Shown: positions 28,296-36,826 of the stretch, one piece after another
Position numbering within the stretch: position 1 is the first letter of the stretch
Layout: every line of letters starts with the position of its first letter
From: Dehalococcoidia bacterium
GTDB taxonomy: Bacteria > Chloroflexota > Dehalococcoidia > Lucifugimonadales > UBA3495
Direction: 5' to 3'
NCBI GenBank assembly: GCA_965222895.1
Contig: CBDCVB010000002.1
Coordinates: 798,037-862,036 of the forward strand
DNA: 64,000 nucleotides
The notes under the pieces: generated by a model
What the model was told of the DNA's origin: nothing
What the model saw: the letters and a program-made list of their open reading frames with translations, nothing else
The model's database searches: none
Translations under genes and position numbers: made by a program

Positions 28296-29463
28296 CCCGG
28301 GCGCCAGCGCAGACCCGGCCATTCTGGATGTGGTGGCGCAGATTCACGGCACGCCGGAGCAAACGGTGCTGGCGGTTGCCGGCGCCGGTAACTACGCCCT
28401 GGCCTGGTTGCTGGGCGTGGGTGGCGCTTCCCGCACGGTGCTGGAAACCCGCGTGCCCTACGGGTACCTGGCGATGACCGATTTTCTCGGTGGCCACGCC
28501 CCGGAGCAAACCGTTTCGGCGGACACGGCCCGCCTGATGGCGCGGGCGGCCTGGCGACGGGGGATGTTGCTGCGGGAAAGTCCGGTTCCCATCTTCGGGC
28601 TGGCCTGCACGGCGACCATCGCCACCGACCGCACCAAGCGCGGTGAGCATCGGGCCTTCGTTGCCACCTGGGACGACCGCGGGGTAACAGTCGATTCGCT
28701 GACGCTGGACAAAGGATTGCGCGAACGCGCCGGCGAAGAAGACGTGGTGAGCCGTCTGGTCATCTCCGCAGTGGCGCGGGCGTCCGGCCTTGACGCCGAA
28801 ATTGACCTCCGCCTGGCAGCATCGGAACGCGTGGAAACTGACTTCGCCAGCCACGGCGACCCGATCCAGCGCCTGCTGGCCGGCGACGCCGGTTGGGTAA
28901 CGGTGCATCCGGACGGCAGCATGGTGGCGGATGCCGACCCGCCAACCGCGTTGCTTCCGGGTTCGTTCAACCCGTTGCACGACGGACACATCCGGCTGGC
29001 CGCAGCCGGCGCCGCGACGCTGGGCGTTCCGGTGGCCTATGAGCTGTCGGTGGTAAACGTGGACAAGCCCCCGCTTGCTCTGGCAGAGGTGCAGCGGCGG
29101 GTGGCGCAGTTTGGCGGCGTCGGGACGGTGGCGCTGACGGGAGCGGAGACATTCCGCAAGAAGGCCGAGTTGTTCCCCGGCTGTGGTTTCGTCATCGGCT
29201 GGGACACGGCGACGCGCCTGATCGAACCGCGTTATTACGGAGATTCAGAGTCGGGAATGCTCACCGCGCTGGCCGAGATGTGGGCGTTGGGCTCCCGCTT
29301 TGCGGTGGCCGGGCGGGCTGATGCGGAGGGCGTGTTCCGCACCCTGCATGATGTGAACATTCCGGGTGGTTTTCACCCATTGTTTGTAGATGTGCCAGAG
29401 GGGGCGTTCCGGGCTGACGTGTCCTCGACGGCGCTGCGGGAGAGGGCGGTCGGTAGAAGATAG
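28282..29463 (+). CDS. Two-domain protein: CinA/PncC-like N-terminal domain plus HxGH nucleotidyltransferase (NadD/NMNAT-like) C-terminal domain
   Basis: The C-terminal domain has LLPGSFNPLHDGHIRLA, a (H/T)xGH motif. The N-terminal part resembles the CinA C-terminal domain pattern (VLAVAGAGNYALAWLLGVGGASRTVLETRVPY). The ATG at 28282 is preceded by GGAGG and overlaps the upstream gene by 14 nt. Confidence 0.55.
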   Translation: MTLSDPGASADPAILDVVAQIHGTPEQTVLAVAGAGNYALAWLLGVGGASRTVLETRVPYGYLAMTDFLGGHAPEQTVSADTARLMARAAWRRGMLLRESPVPIFGLACTATIATDRTKRGEHRAFVATWDDRGVTVDSLTLDKGLRERAGEEDVVSRLVISAVARASGLDAEIDLRLAASERVETDFASHGDPIQRLLAGDAGWVTVHPDGSMVADADPPTALLPGSFNPLHDGHIRLAAAGAATLGVPVAYELSVVNVDKPPLALAEVQRRVAQFGGVGTVALTGAETFRKKAELFPGCGFVIGWDTATRLIEPRYYGDSESGMLTALAEMWALGSRFAVAGRADAEGVFRTLHDVNIPGGFHPLFVDVPEGAFRADVSSTALRERAVGRR

Positions 29464-29527
29464 CGTGCCAATGGCTACCCGTCTGAAATCAGCTATGGTA
29501 AGATTGTGGCATCGTCGTTGAAACCCG

Positions 29528-29782
29528 GTGAAAACGACTGGTCATTTTGTCAATAAGGTGCTGCCCGAACGAACGTATCTTACCGTAGACTTGTGCGCTA
29601 ATGTAATCGCTAATCCAATCCGACGCGAAGAGCAGGAAGACGGACGCATCAAGTTTTGGGGCCGTATAACCCTTCCCGGAGAAGAAGCTCCGCGCATCAT
29701 TCGTGTGGTTACCCTGGAAGACGGCGAAACGCTTCATACCGCGTTCATTGACAGCGGATTCACCCGGAGAGGTATATCGTGA
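29528..29782 (+). CDS. DUF4258-like putative toxin
   Basis: The pattern ..GHF..K...R......V..VI.NP...E.Q.DGR..FWG.I......IIRVVT.....LHTAFIDSGF matches the DUF4258 family. The start is GTG. The region is locally low in GC. Confidence 0.5.
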   Translation: MKTTGHFVNKVLPERTYLTVDLCANVIANPIRREEQEDGRIKFWGRITLPGEEAPRIIRVVTLEDGETLHTAFIDSGFTRRGIS

Positions 29783-30018
29783 AATTCCATTACGACCCTG
29801 AAACCGACGCTCTTTACATCAATATCGGAGCAGGGCAGAGTGTGGAGACGCGGGAAATCCTGGAGGGTTTCAACATAGACCTTGATGTTTCCGGTGTGGT
29901 CATTGGCTTTGAATTTGACCACGTTTCCCAACTGGCCAAGAATTTGGGCGCATTGGATATAGAAGCGCTGCCATTGCAGCTTGGTGGGCCCGCTCACCGG
30001 CTATCCGACGCGGCATAG
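29779..30018 (+). CDS. DUF2283-family protein (putative antitoxin partner)
   Basis: MKFHYDPETDALYINI...GVVIGFEF is the canonical DUF2283 opening. It overlaps the upstream gene in a GTGA arrangement. Confidence 0.65.
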   Translation: MKFHYDPETDALYINIGAGQSVETREILEGFNIDLDVSGVVIGFEFDHVSQLAKNLGALDIEALPLQLGGPAHRLSDAA

Positions 30019-30044
30019 ATTTTAGGCTATCGATCAACACCGTT

Positions 30045-30458
30045 ATGCTGGACGTTATACCATTGCAGGCTTTCAACCCCGCCGTCTACGCCGGCAACTG
30101 GGCCGCGGTGGTTATTGCGATAGTCATTGCCGTCCTCGCTATCGGCGGGATGTTCGCCGGCTCGCAGTTGCTTTCGGCTCGCCGGCGGTCGGCGGCGAAG
30201 CTGACTACTTACGAATGCGGGATACCGCCGACACCGTTCAACTGGTCGAACATCAACATCCGCTTTTATATCTTCGCGATCCTGTTCCTGATATTCGACG
30301 TTGAAGCGGTGTTTCTGTTCCCCTGGGCGGTGGTGTTCCTGCAAGAAAAGGCGGCCGGCAATCCGATACCGTTCTACGCCATGATGCTTTTCCTGGCGAT
30401 GCTGTTCTTCGCCGTAATCTACGGCTGGCGCAAGGGGGTGCTGGAATGGCAGAAGTGA
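30045..30458 (+). CDS. nuoA: NADH-quinone oxidoreductase subunit A
   Basis: Motifs: [16 protein letters not shown]; three transmembrane segments. Confidence 0.92.
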   Translation: MLDVIPLQAFNPAVYAGNWAAVVIAIVIAVLAIGGMFAGSQLLSARRRSAAKLTTYECGIPPTPFNWSNINIRFYIFAILFLIFDVEAVFLFPWAVVFLQEKAAGNPIPFYAMMLFLAMLFFAVIYGWRKGVLEWQK

Positions 30459-31072
30459 ACCCGCCGCAGGTTCCAGGAGCCGGGATGGCAGCAGAACCTA
30501 CCTCCCCGCTTGCATTGCCGCCCCAGCCTATCGAGATAATCATGGGCGCTGGGAACCGCCCGGGGCCGAGTTTGCTGAATCAGGCCACCGACGGGCGCGT
30601 GCCGGGAGTCATCACGGCGACTACCGAGCAACTGTTTGCGATGGCCCGCAAATCGTCCCTGTGGACCCTCAGCTTCGGGTTGGCCTGTTGTGCCATCGAG
30701 ATGATTTCCACCTACATGGCCCACCACGATTTCGACCGATTTGGTGTGGTTACGTGGCCGTCGCCCCGCCAGGCGGATGTAATGATCGTGGCCGGCACCG
30801 TGGTCAAGAAGATGGCCGAACCTATCCGCCTGCTCTACGAACAGATGCCGGAGCCAAAATGGGTCATCGCCATGGGCAGTTGCGCCACCAACGGCGGGCC
30901 GTATTACCGCTCGTATTCAGTCGTCATGGGCGTGGACCACATCATTCCGGTGGATGTGTACGTGCCCGGTTGCCCGCCCCGTCCGGAGGCGCTCCTTTAC
31001 GGTATCTTGAAGCTCCAGGAAAAGATAATGTCGGATGCTGCTGGTGAACGTGGCGGACGGTCAACAGAATAG
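30446..31072 (+). CDS. nuoB: NADH-quinone oxidoreductase subunit B
   Basis: Motifs: [30 protein letters not shown]. Confidence 0.95.
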   Translation: MAEVNPPQVPGAGMAAEPTSPLALPPQPIEIIMGAGNRPGPSLLNQATDGRVPGVITATTEQLFAMARKSSLWTLSFGLACCAIEMISTYMAHHDFDRFGVVTWPSPRQADVMIVAGTVVKKMAEPIRLLYEQMPEPKWVIAMGSCATNGGPYYRSYSVVMGVDHIIPVDVYVPGCPPRPEALLYGILKLQEKIMSDAAGERGGRSTE

Positions 31073-31604
31073 CCCGCCCGGGTCGGCCAACGCTGAAACC
31101 CCCGAGGAAGAGGCTCCGGAGCCGAATCCGATTGATGACCTGTCGGCGCACTGCCGGGTCACTCTCGACCGGGCCGTCAGCGTATTGAGCCGGTGGGATC
31201 CGGTTGCCGGCGTCCTAGGCGACTTGCCTCAGGTAACCGTGCCGGCGGAACATATCGTCGAAGCCTGCCTGACCTGCCGCGACGACGCTGAACTCGATGG
31301 TCGGATGCTACTGTGCCTGGCGTGTGTCGATTACGAGGTGCGGTTCGAGTTGGTATATTTCCTGCAGTCGCTGGCCCAGGAGCGTACATTGGTAATCAAG
31401 GCGAACGTGCCTTACGACGCTCCATCGCTGCCGACGGTTAGCGGTGTGTGGCCGGCCGCCGACTGGTACGAACGGGAAGCCCACGACCTGTTCGGCGTGG
31501 TGTTCGAGGGGCACCCGGATTTGTCGCCGCTGCTCCTGTATCCGGAGTTCGAGGGATTCCCGGGCCGCAAGGAATATGCCTTCAACGAATATCGGGAGTT
31601 TTAG
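31035..31604 (+). CDS. nuoC: NADH-quinone oxidoreductase subunit C
   Basis: Motif: [24 protein letters not shown]. The exact start is uncertain because of a 38-nt overlap with nuoB. Confidence 0.88.
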   Translation: MLLVNVADGQQNSPPGSANAETPEEEAPEPNPIDDLSAHCRVTLDRAVSVLSRWDPVAGVLGDLPQVTVPAEHIVEACLTCRDDAELDGRMLLCLACVDYEVRFELVYFLQSLAQERTLVIKANVPYDAPSLPTVSGVWPAADWYEREAHDLFGVVFEGHPDLSPLLLYPEFEGFPGRKEYAFNEYREF

Positions 31605-31635
31605 CGCCGACGTGGTTGCAGAGAACGTGGTCGTA

Positions 31636-31914
31636 ATGATGGAAGCCCAGGACGGAACCGAGCCGATTGAACTGACGGCGCGGGTCGTCGCCCGGCAGGG
31701 GCGCTTCTTCGCCGCCGTGCACGGGTTGGAGCTGGAAGGCAGCGGCATCACGCCGGCCGCCGCCGAGGAGGCGCTGGTGCAGGCGATGCGCAACTGGCTG
31801 GAGCGCCAGGACACCGCGGGCCGCCTGGCCGAGTCTCTGGGCGTGGAATACCTGGACGAAGAGACTGAAATCATCCTGCAATTCGTTACTGACGGCGATG
31901 AGGCTGGCGGCTAA
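31636..31914 (+). CDS. Small HicB/UPF0150-fold protein (no HicA partner) inside the nuo operon
   Basis: RFFAAVHGLELEGSGITPAAAEEALVQAMRNWLE fits the HicB N-domain pattern (x-A-x-x-P-x-L-x-G..G.T.EEA....EA...WLE). Alternative in-frame GTG starts lie at 31612 and 31627. Confidence 0.5.
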   Translation: MMEAQDGTEPIELTARVVARQGRFFAAVHGLELEGSGITPAAAEEALVQAMRNWLERQDTAGRLAESLGVEYLDEETEIILQFVTDGDEAGG

Positions 31915-31917
31915 CTT

Positions 31918-32217
31918 ATGGACCGGGTGGTATACCAAATTGAAGAAACCCGTGCCGGTACGGGCTGGTCGGCTCACTGCTCGGAACTGGAAGTGACCGC
32001 GTTTGGCGATACGCAGGACGACGCACGAATGTCGTTGCGGCGTCAGGTAGCCGACTACCTCGAAGATTGCGAGGAGATGGGCGTGCTGGAAGAAGTACTG
32101 ATCGATGCCGGGTTCTGGGATAACGGGGAAGCCTGGATGAGCAGCCTGGTGGAAGCTCCCGAACCCAGCCTCCGATTCATCGGCTCGCCATTCGACCTGG
32201 ACGAAGGGAACCCCTAG
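31918..32217 (+). CDS. Second small HicB/UPF0150-fold protein inside the nuo operon
   Basis: GWSAHCSELEVTAFGDTQDDARMSLRRQVADYLEDCEEMG fits the same pattern. It starts 3 nt after the previous stop. Confidence 0.5.
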   Translation: MDRVVYQIEETRAGTGWSAHCSELEVTAFGDTQDDARMSLRRQVADYLEDCEEMGVLEEVLIDAGFWDNGEAWMSSLVEAPEPSLRFIGSPFDLDEGNP

Positions 32218-32257
32218 ACCGGGAACCCCTGGAAGCATTGCTCTCGGATTTATCACC

Positions 32258-33406
32258 ATGCTAGAACCGGCCACCTCCAACACCATGGCTGATGCTGCCC
32301 GCGCTGATTCGCAGCCGGTGGAGATGCTGCTCAACATGGGGCCGCAGCATCCATCCACCCACGGCGTGTTCCGCATGGTCTTGTGGGTTGATGGTGAGAA
32401 GGTCGTGGATGTTGAACCGCACATCGGCTACCTGCACCGGGGTTCCGAAAAGTTGTGCGAGGGCGAGCAATACCATCAGGTTATAACTCTTTTCGACCGC
32501 CTGGATTACGTCGGCAATTTCAACAACGAAATGGCCTACTGCATGGCCGTGGAATCGCTGATGGGGATGGAGGTTCCGGAGCGGGCCGAGTACATCCGCG
32601 TCATCCTGTGCGAGCTGAACCGTATTGCCAGCCACCTGCTGTACGTGGGCACGATGGGTCTGGACGCCGGGGCGATGACGCCGGTGATGTTCTCCTTCCG
32701 CGGACGGGAACGGGTGCAGGCGTTGTTCGAGGCGGTATCAGGCGCCCGCATGATGCACAATTACTTTCGCGTCGGCGGCCTCAAGGAAGATGTCCCGGAC
32801 AATTTCCGGCAGATGGTGAACGAACTGATGCCGTTGTTGCGCGAAGACGTGGAGCAGAGCGACCGCATCCTGACGTTCAACGAGATTTTCCTGTCCCGCC
32901 TCAAAGACGTGAGTCCCATCGGCGCCGACGAGGCAATCGCCCTGGGCCTGACGGGGCCCATGCTGCGGGCCTGCGGCTACGAGTACGACCTGCGCAAGGC
33001 ACAACCCTACTCGGTTTATGACCGGTTTGATTTTGATGTGCCCGTGGGACTGGACGGAGATTGCTGGGACCGCCACTGGGTTCGTGTCCAGGAGATGTAC
33101 GAGTCGCTGCGGATTATCGACCAGGCGATGGAGCAGCTGCCCGACGGACCGGTGGTGTCGCCGCTGGGTCGCCGTCTGATCCGACCGCCGGCCGGTGAAG
33201 TGTACGTGCGCGCCGAAAACCCCCGCGGCGAGATTGGCGTCTATCTGGTCAGCGACGGAACCGACAAACCCTACCGCCTGAAGGTGCGGCCACCGTCATT
33301 TTGCAACCTGTCGGCGTTGCGCCGGCTGCTGGTCGACACCTGGCTGGCCGACAGCGTGGTCGTGCTGGGCTCGCTGGACATCGTGCTCGGAGAGGTGGAC
33401 CGGTGA
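32258..33406 (+). CDS. nuoD: NADH-quinone oxidoreductase subunit D
   Basis: Motifs: LNMGPQHPSTHGV, IGYLHRGSEK, and C-terminal ..VLGSLDIVLGEVDR. Confidence 0.95.
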   Translation: MLEPATSNTMADAARADSQPVEMLLNMGPQHPSTHGVFRMVLWVDGEKVVDVEPHIGYLHRGSEKLCEGEQYHQVITLFDRLDYVGNFNNEMAYCMAVESLMGMEVPERAEYIRVILCELNRIASHLLYVGTMGLDAGAMTPVMFSFRGRERVQALFEAVSGARMMHNYFRVGGLKEDVPDNFRQMVNELMPLLREDVEQSDRILTFNEIFLSRLKDVSPIGADEAIALGLTGPMLRACGYEYDLRKAQPYSVYDRFDFDVPVGLDGDCWDRHWVRVQEMYESLRIIDQAMEQLPDGPVVSPLGRRLIRPPAGEVYVRAENPRGEIGVYLVSDGTDKPYRLKVRPPSFCNLSALRRLLVDTWLADSVVVLGSLDIVLGEVDR

Positions 33407-33446
33407 GTTTTCTAGCCGTGAATTTCTTGCCCGTGAGTTTTCTGCC

Positions 33447-34559
33447 GTGAATTTTCTGATTGATATTGGCTGGAGCGCGCTGGGTCTGGCAGTGATGTTC
33501 GGTGTGCTGTCGGTCATCGTGTTGTCTCTGACGTGGCTGGAGCGCAAGGCGCTGGGCAGGTTGCAGCTGCGCTACGGGCCCACCCGCACCGGGCTGTTCG
33601 GGCTGATGCAGCCCATCGCCGACGCCGTCAAGCTGATTATCAAAGAGGACATCATTCCCAATGATTCGGAAAAGGCCATCTTCTGGATTGCTCCGGTGAT
33701 CGTGGTTGTGTCTGCATTCGTGATCTGGGTAACCATACCAGGCGGCGACAACGTGGTAATTCGGAACCTGCCGTTGGGTCTGTTTTATATTGTGGCCTTC
33801 GCCGTAGTTGGGATCCTGGGCCTGGTGCTGGCCGGCTGGGGATCGGCCAACAAGTACGGCATCATGGGGGGGTTGCGGTCGGCGGCGCAGCTGATTTCCT
33901 ATGAGATTCCCGTGGTGCTGGTGGCGGCGGCGGTGGCGATTCTGGCGCAGTCGCTGGACATGCGGGTAATTGTGGGCGAGCAGGCGTCGCTGCCTTACAT
34001 CGCGCTGATGCCGCTGGGGTTCGTGGTGTTTTTCATCGCGGGCCTGGCCGAGGTGGGTCGCACGCCGTTCGACATTTACCACGCCGAAAGCGAGGTGGTC
34101 GGCGGGCCGTTCGTGGAGTATAGCGGGGCGCACTGGTCGGTGTTCTTCCTGGCCGAATACATCAACACCTTCGCGATTGCGGCCCTGACTACGCTGTTGT
34201 TTCTGGGCGGTTGGGGCGGGCCGTTCCTGCCCGACGTGGTGTGGTTCCTGTTCAAAACCTACCTGGTAGTGCTGGTGATTTTCTGGGTGCGTGGCACGTT
34301 CCCCAGGCTGCGCATTGACCAGCTGATGTCCTTCGCCTGGAAAGTGATGGTGCCCCTGTCGTTCTACACCGTCATTATCGCCGCCGTGTACCAGTTCTAC
34401 GGGTTGCCCTGGTGGAGCCTGACCATGCTGTCGGCGGCGGGGTTGCTGGTGGCCGGCTGGATAATTTACCGGCGCATGACGGCGCCGGCCCGTCGGGTGG
34501 CAGAGGTTCGCAGTCGCGTCGATGCGCTGCGCCGGCCGACCGCGAGGCAGCGCACCTGA
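33447..34559 (+). CDS. nuoH: NADH-quinone oxidoreductase subunit H
   Basis: Motifs: ERKALGRLQLRYGP, PFDIYHAESEVVGG. The start is GTG. Confidence 0.95.
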   Translation: MNFLIDIGWSALGLAVMFGVLSVIVLSLTWLERKALGRLQLRYGPTRTGLFGLMQPIADAVKLIIKEDIIPNDSEKAIFWIAPVIVVVSAFVIWVTIPGGDNVVIRNLPLGLFYIVAFAVVGILGLVLAGWGSANKYGIMGGLRSAAQLISYEIPVVLVAAAVAILAQSLDMRVIVGEQASLPYIALMPLGFVVFFIAGLAEVGRTPFDIYHAESEVVGGPFVEYSGAHWSVFFLAEYINTFAIAALTTLLFLGGWGGPFLPDVVWFLFKTYLVVLVIFWVRGTFPRLRIDQLMSFAWKVMVPLSFYTVIIAAVYQFYGLPWWSLTMLSAAGLLVAGWIIYRRMTAPARRVAEVRSRVDALRRPTARQRT

Positions 34560-34609
34560 CGGCGGATGCTGGTATCATACTGTTGACCTTATTGCTATGA
34601 GATGGCGCC

Positions 34610-35188
34610 ATGACTACGCGAACGCACAAAATCACCGCCGAACAGTTCGGGGCGATGCCGGAAGACCCCGGCCATCGCTACGAGTTGGTTGATGGACAGC
34701 TGGTAGATATGGATGGCAAACCCAGGCACGGTCGGGTAACTGGTGAAATTTATCATTTGCTCAGAGTGCACATCGGCGATACCGACCTGCCGTTAGAGAT
34801 TGGTGTCAACGCCGGTTTCCAAATGGACCAGTTCACGCTGCGGTTTCCCGATGTTCACGTAACGACTTGGGAACGAATGGCAGCCTATGATGAAGATGGC
34901 CCCGGCTTCCCGCATTTCGCTCCCGACGTTGCCATTGAGGTAGTATCGGCGAGCAACACACCGGCGGCGCTGGCGCGCAAGACCGAGGAATATTTTGCTA
35001 ACGGCGCCCGCGCAGTCTGGATTGCAGATCCGGCAGACCGGACGGTGCGCATACGCCGGCCCGGCGCGGTGGCGCTGGTTTTCGGCCCTGATGATATTAT
35101 GTCCGGCGACCCGGAGATACCCGCCTTTGCCTGCGCCGTCGCTGATATTTTTGCGGCGCTGGACCGGATGCCGGGGCGGCGACCGTAA
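34610..35188 (+). CDS. Uma2-family endonuclease, copy 1 (between nuoH and nuoI)
   Basis: Motifs: HRYELVDGQLV, FPDVHV, APDVAIEVVSASN..K..EYFANGARAVWIAD. Confidence 0.8.
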   Translation: MTTRTHKITAEQFGAMPEDPGHRYELVDGQLVDMDGKPRHGRVTGEIYHLLRVHIGDTDLPLEIGVNAGFQMDQFTLRFPDVHVTTWERMAAYDEDGPGFPHFAPDVAIEVVSASNTPAALARKTEEYFANGARAVWIADPADRTVRIRRPGAVALVFGPDDIMSGDPEIPAFACAVADIFAALDRMPGRRP

Positions 35189-35199
35189 GGACTACCGCC

Positions 35200-35787
35200 A
35201 TGACTACCCGCACCGACAAAATCACCGCCGAACAGTTCTGGGCGATGCCGGCAGACCCCGGCCATCGCTACGAGCTTGTCGATGGAGAACTGGTCGATAT
35301 GGATGGTGCGCCGCGACACGGTAAAGTAACTGGTCAGATTGTCTTGTTGTTAGGCAACTACATTAACGCGGCTGGGCTGTCGCTAGATGTCGGTGTGACA
35401 ACCGGCTTTCGGATGTCCCGATACACGCTGCGGTTCCCCGACATTCACGTAACTACGTGGGAGCGGATGGCCGGGTATGATGAGGACGCCGGCGGGTTTC
35501 CGCATTTCGCTCCTGACGTAGCTATTGAGGTGGTTTCGCCAAGCAACACACCGGCGGCGCTGGCGCGCAAGACCGAGGAGTATTTTGCCAACGGCACCCG
35601 CGCAGTCTGGAGTGCAGATCCAGCAGACCGGACGGTACGCATACGCCGGCCCAGCGCGGTGGAGCTGGCTTTCGGCCCCGATGATATTCTGTCCGGCGAC
35701 CCGGAGATACCCGGCTTTTCCTGCGCTGTCGCCGATATTTTTGCGGTGCTGGACCGGGCGGCGTCATTCAAAGCGGAGGCTCAATAG
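35200..35787 (+). CDS. Uma2-family endonuclease, copy 2 (tandem paralog)
   Basis: It is roughly three-quarters identical to copy 1 by eye and carries the same catalytic-motif context (APDVAIEVVSPSN). Its stop lies 2 nt before the nuoI ATG. Confidence 0.8.
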   Translation: MTTRTDKITAEQFWAMPADPGHRYELVDGELVDMDGAPRHGKVTGQIVLLLGNYINAAGLSLDVGVTTGFRMSRYTLRFPDIHVTTWERMAGYDEDAGGFPHFAPDVAIEVVSPSNTPAALARKTEEYFANGTRAVWSADPADRTVRIRRPSAVELAFGPDDILSGDPEIPGFSCAVADIFAVLDRAASFKAEAQ

Positions 35788-35789
35788 CA

Positions 35790-36317
35790 ATGCTGGAAAG
35801 TGTGAAAGGGATGATGCTGACCCTGGCATCCACGGTTGCGGGATTGCGACGTCCGGTTACCCAGCAATATCCCAAGGCGCCCACCCCGGTGCGGCCCCGG
35901 TTCATGGGTTTTCCGGCGTTGACCTGGGACGGCAAGGTGGACGAGCCCTACTGCACCGGCTGCATGGTGTGCATCCGCAATTGCCCCACCCAGTGTATGT
36001 CGGCCAGCATGATGGATAACCCCAAGCACGCCGATGGCGAGAGCAGCCGTCGCAAGATCGTCGACTACTTTGAAATCAATCTCAATCGTTGTATATTGTG
36101 CGGCATCTGCGTGGAATATTGTAATTTCGACGCCATTGTGATGAGCCACGAGCACGAGATGAGCACTTACCAGCGCAACGGCGACCGCGTGGACCTGCCG
36201 GCCCTGTTGGAAATCGGGAAGAAATACCAGGACACCACCGCGTGGATTCCTCCGACCGTGCTCGCCCGGCAGAAAGCTGATGCCGCCAAAGCTGCGGCGG
36301 AAGCCGACGAGTCCTGA
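35790..36317 (+). CDS. nuoI: NADH-quinone oxidoreductase subunit I
   Basis: Two 4Fe-4S motifs are present: CTGCMVCIRNCP and CILCGICVEYCNFDAI. Confidence 0.93.
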   Translation: MLESVKGMMLTLASTVAGLRRPVTQQYPKAPTPVRPRFMGFPALTWDGKVDEPYCTGCMVCIRNCPTQCMSASMMDNPKHADGESSRRKIVDYFEINLNRCILCGICVEYCNFDAIVMSHEHEMSTYQRNGDRVDLPALLEIGKKYQDTTAWIPPTVLARQKADAAKAAAEADES

Positions 36318-36359
36318 CGCGCCAGTCGACCCCTGGCATCAACGCAACCGAGGGATACC

Positions 36360-36668
36360 TTGCCCAGAGAAGACGAACGCTTTCGCAACCTGTCGCCCCG
36401 GCATCCGCAATACTGCACGTGTGTAGAGTGCGCGCAGAATCGGATCCAGGGACTTGATGCGTCGAACCCCGTTCGCGCCGTGGGCGGGCTGGTGGGGAAG
36501 CTGGCCGGCAAGGCGGCCAAAGCCGGCAAAATTGGCAAGGGCAAGAAGCGCGGTAAATCCGGTGGCTCGGGCAAGGCGAAGGGTCGCTCGCAATCGGCGG
36601 CCGAGCCAGTACGCCAACACAAGACGGACTGCGAGTGCGCTACCTGTACTCTTTTGAAGTCTATCTAG
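36360..36668 (+). CDS. Hypothetical 102-aa protein with two CxCxxC motifs flanking a Lys/Gly-rich linker
   Basis: The start is TTG with GAGGGA 8 nt upstream. Third-position GC is high. Motifs YCTCVEC (N-terminal) and DCECATC (C-terminal) flank KLAGKAAKAGKIGKGKKRGKSGGSGKAKGR. No family was recognised. Confidence 0.45.
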   Translation: MPREDERFRNLSPRHPQYCTCVECAQNRIQGLDASNPVRAVGGLVGKLAGKAAKAGKIGKGKKRGKSGGSGKAKGRSQSAAEPVRQHKTDCECATCTLLKSI

Positions 36669-36746
36669 CAGCCGCGGGGCAACAGCCAAGCCCGGCCATT
36701 CGCCTATTACGCCATGCCGTCGCTGGAGCCAAATCCAAACTATTTG

Positions 36747-36780
36747 AGCCGCCGGCCGGGCGGCTTCTACTTTGTCTGCT
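36747..36780 (+). terminator. Weak intrinsic-terminator-like hairpin inside the nuo operon
   Basis: Stem AGCCGCC/GGCGGCT has loop GGCCG (36747-36765) and is followed by TCTACTTTGTCTGCTT. It lies in the 158-nt gap before nuoJ. Confidence 0.3.
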
Positions 36781-36826
36781 TATCGGGCCGGCGCGGTTGT
36801 CCCCTCGGCAAGGCCGGCGTTTAGCC

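Noticed and set aside
28054-28989. A 311-aa ORF on the minus strand. Similar shadow ORFs lie at 63080-63949, 41911-42669, 38749-39477, 17124-17894, 15892-16593 and 58690-59556.
   Set aside because: All are antisense to genes with strong family signatures. Their products are Arg/Pro/Gly-rich, as expected for GC-rich shadow frames.
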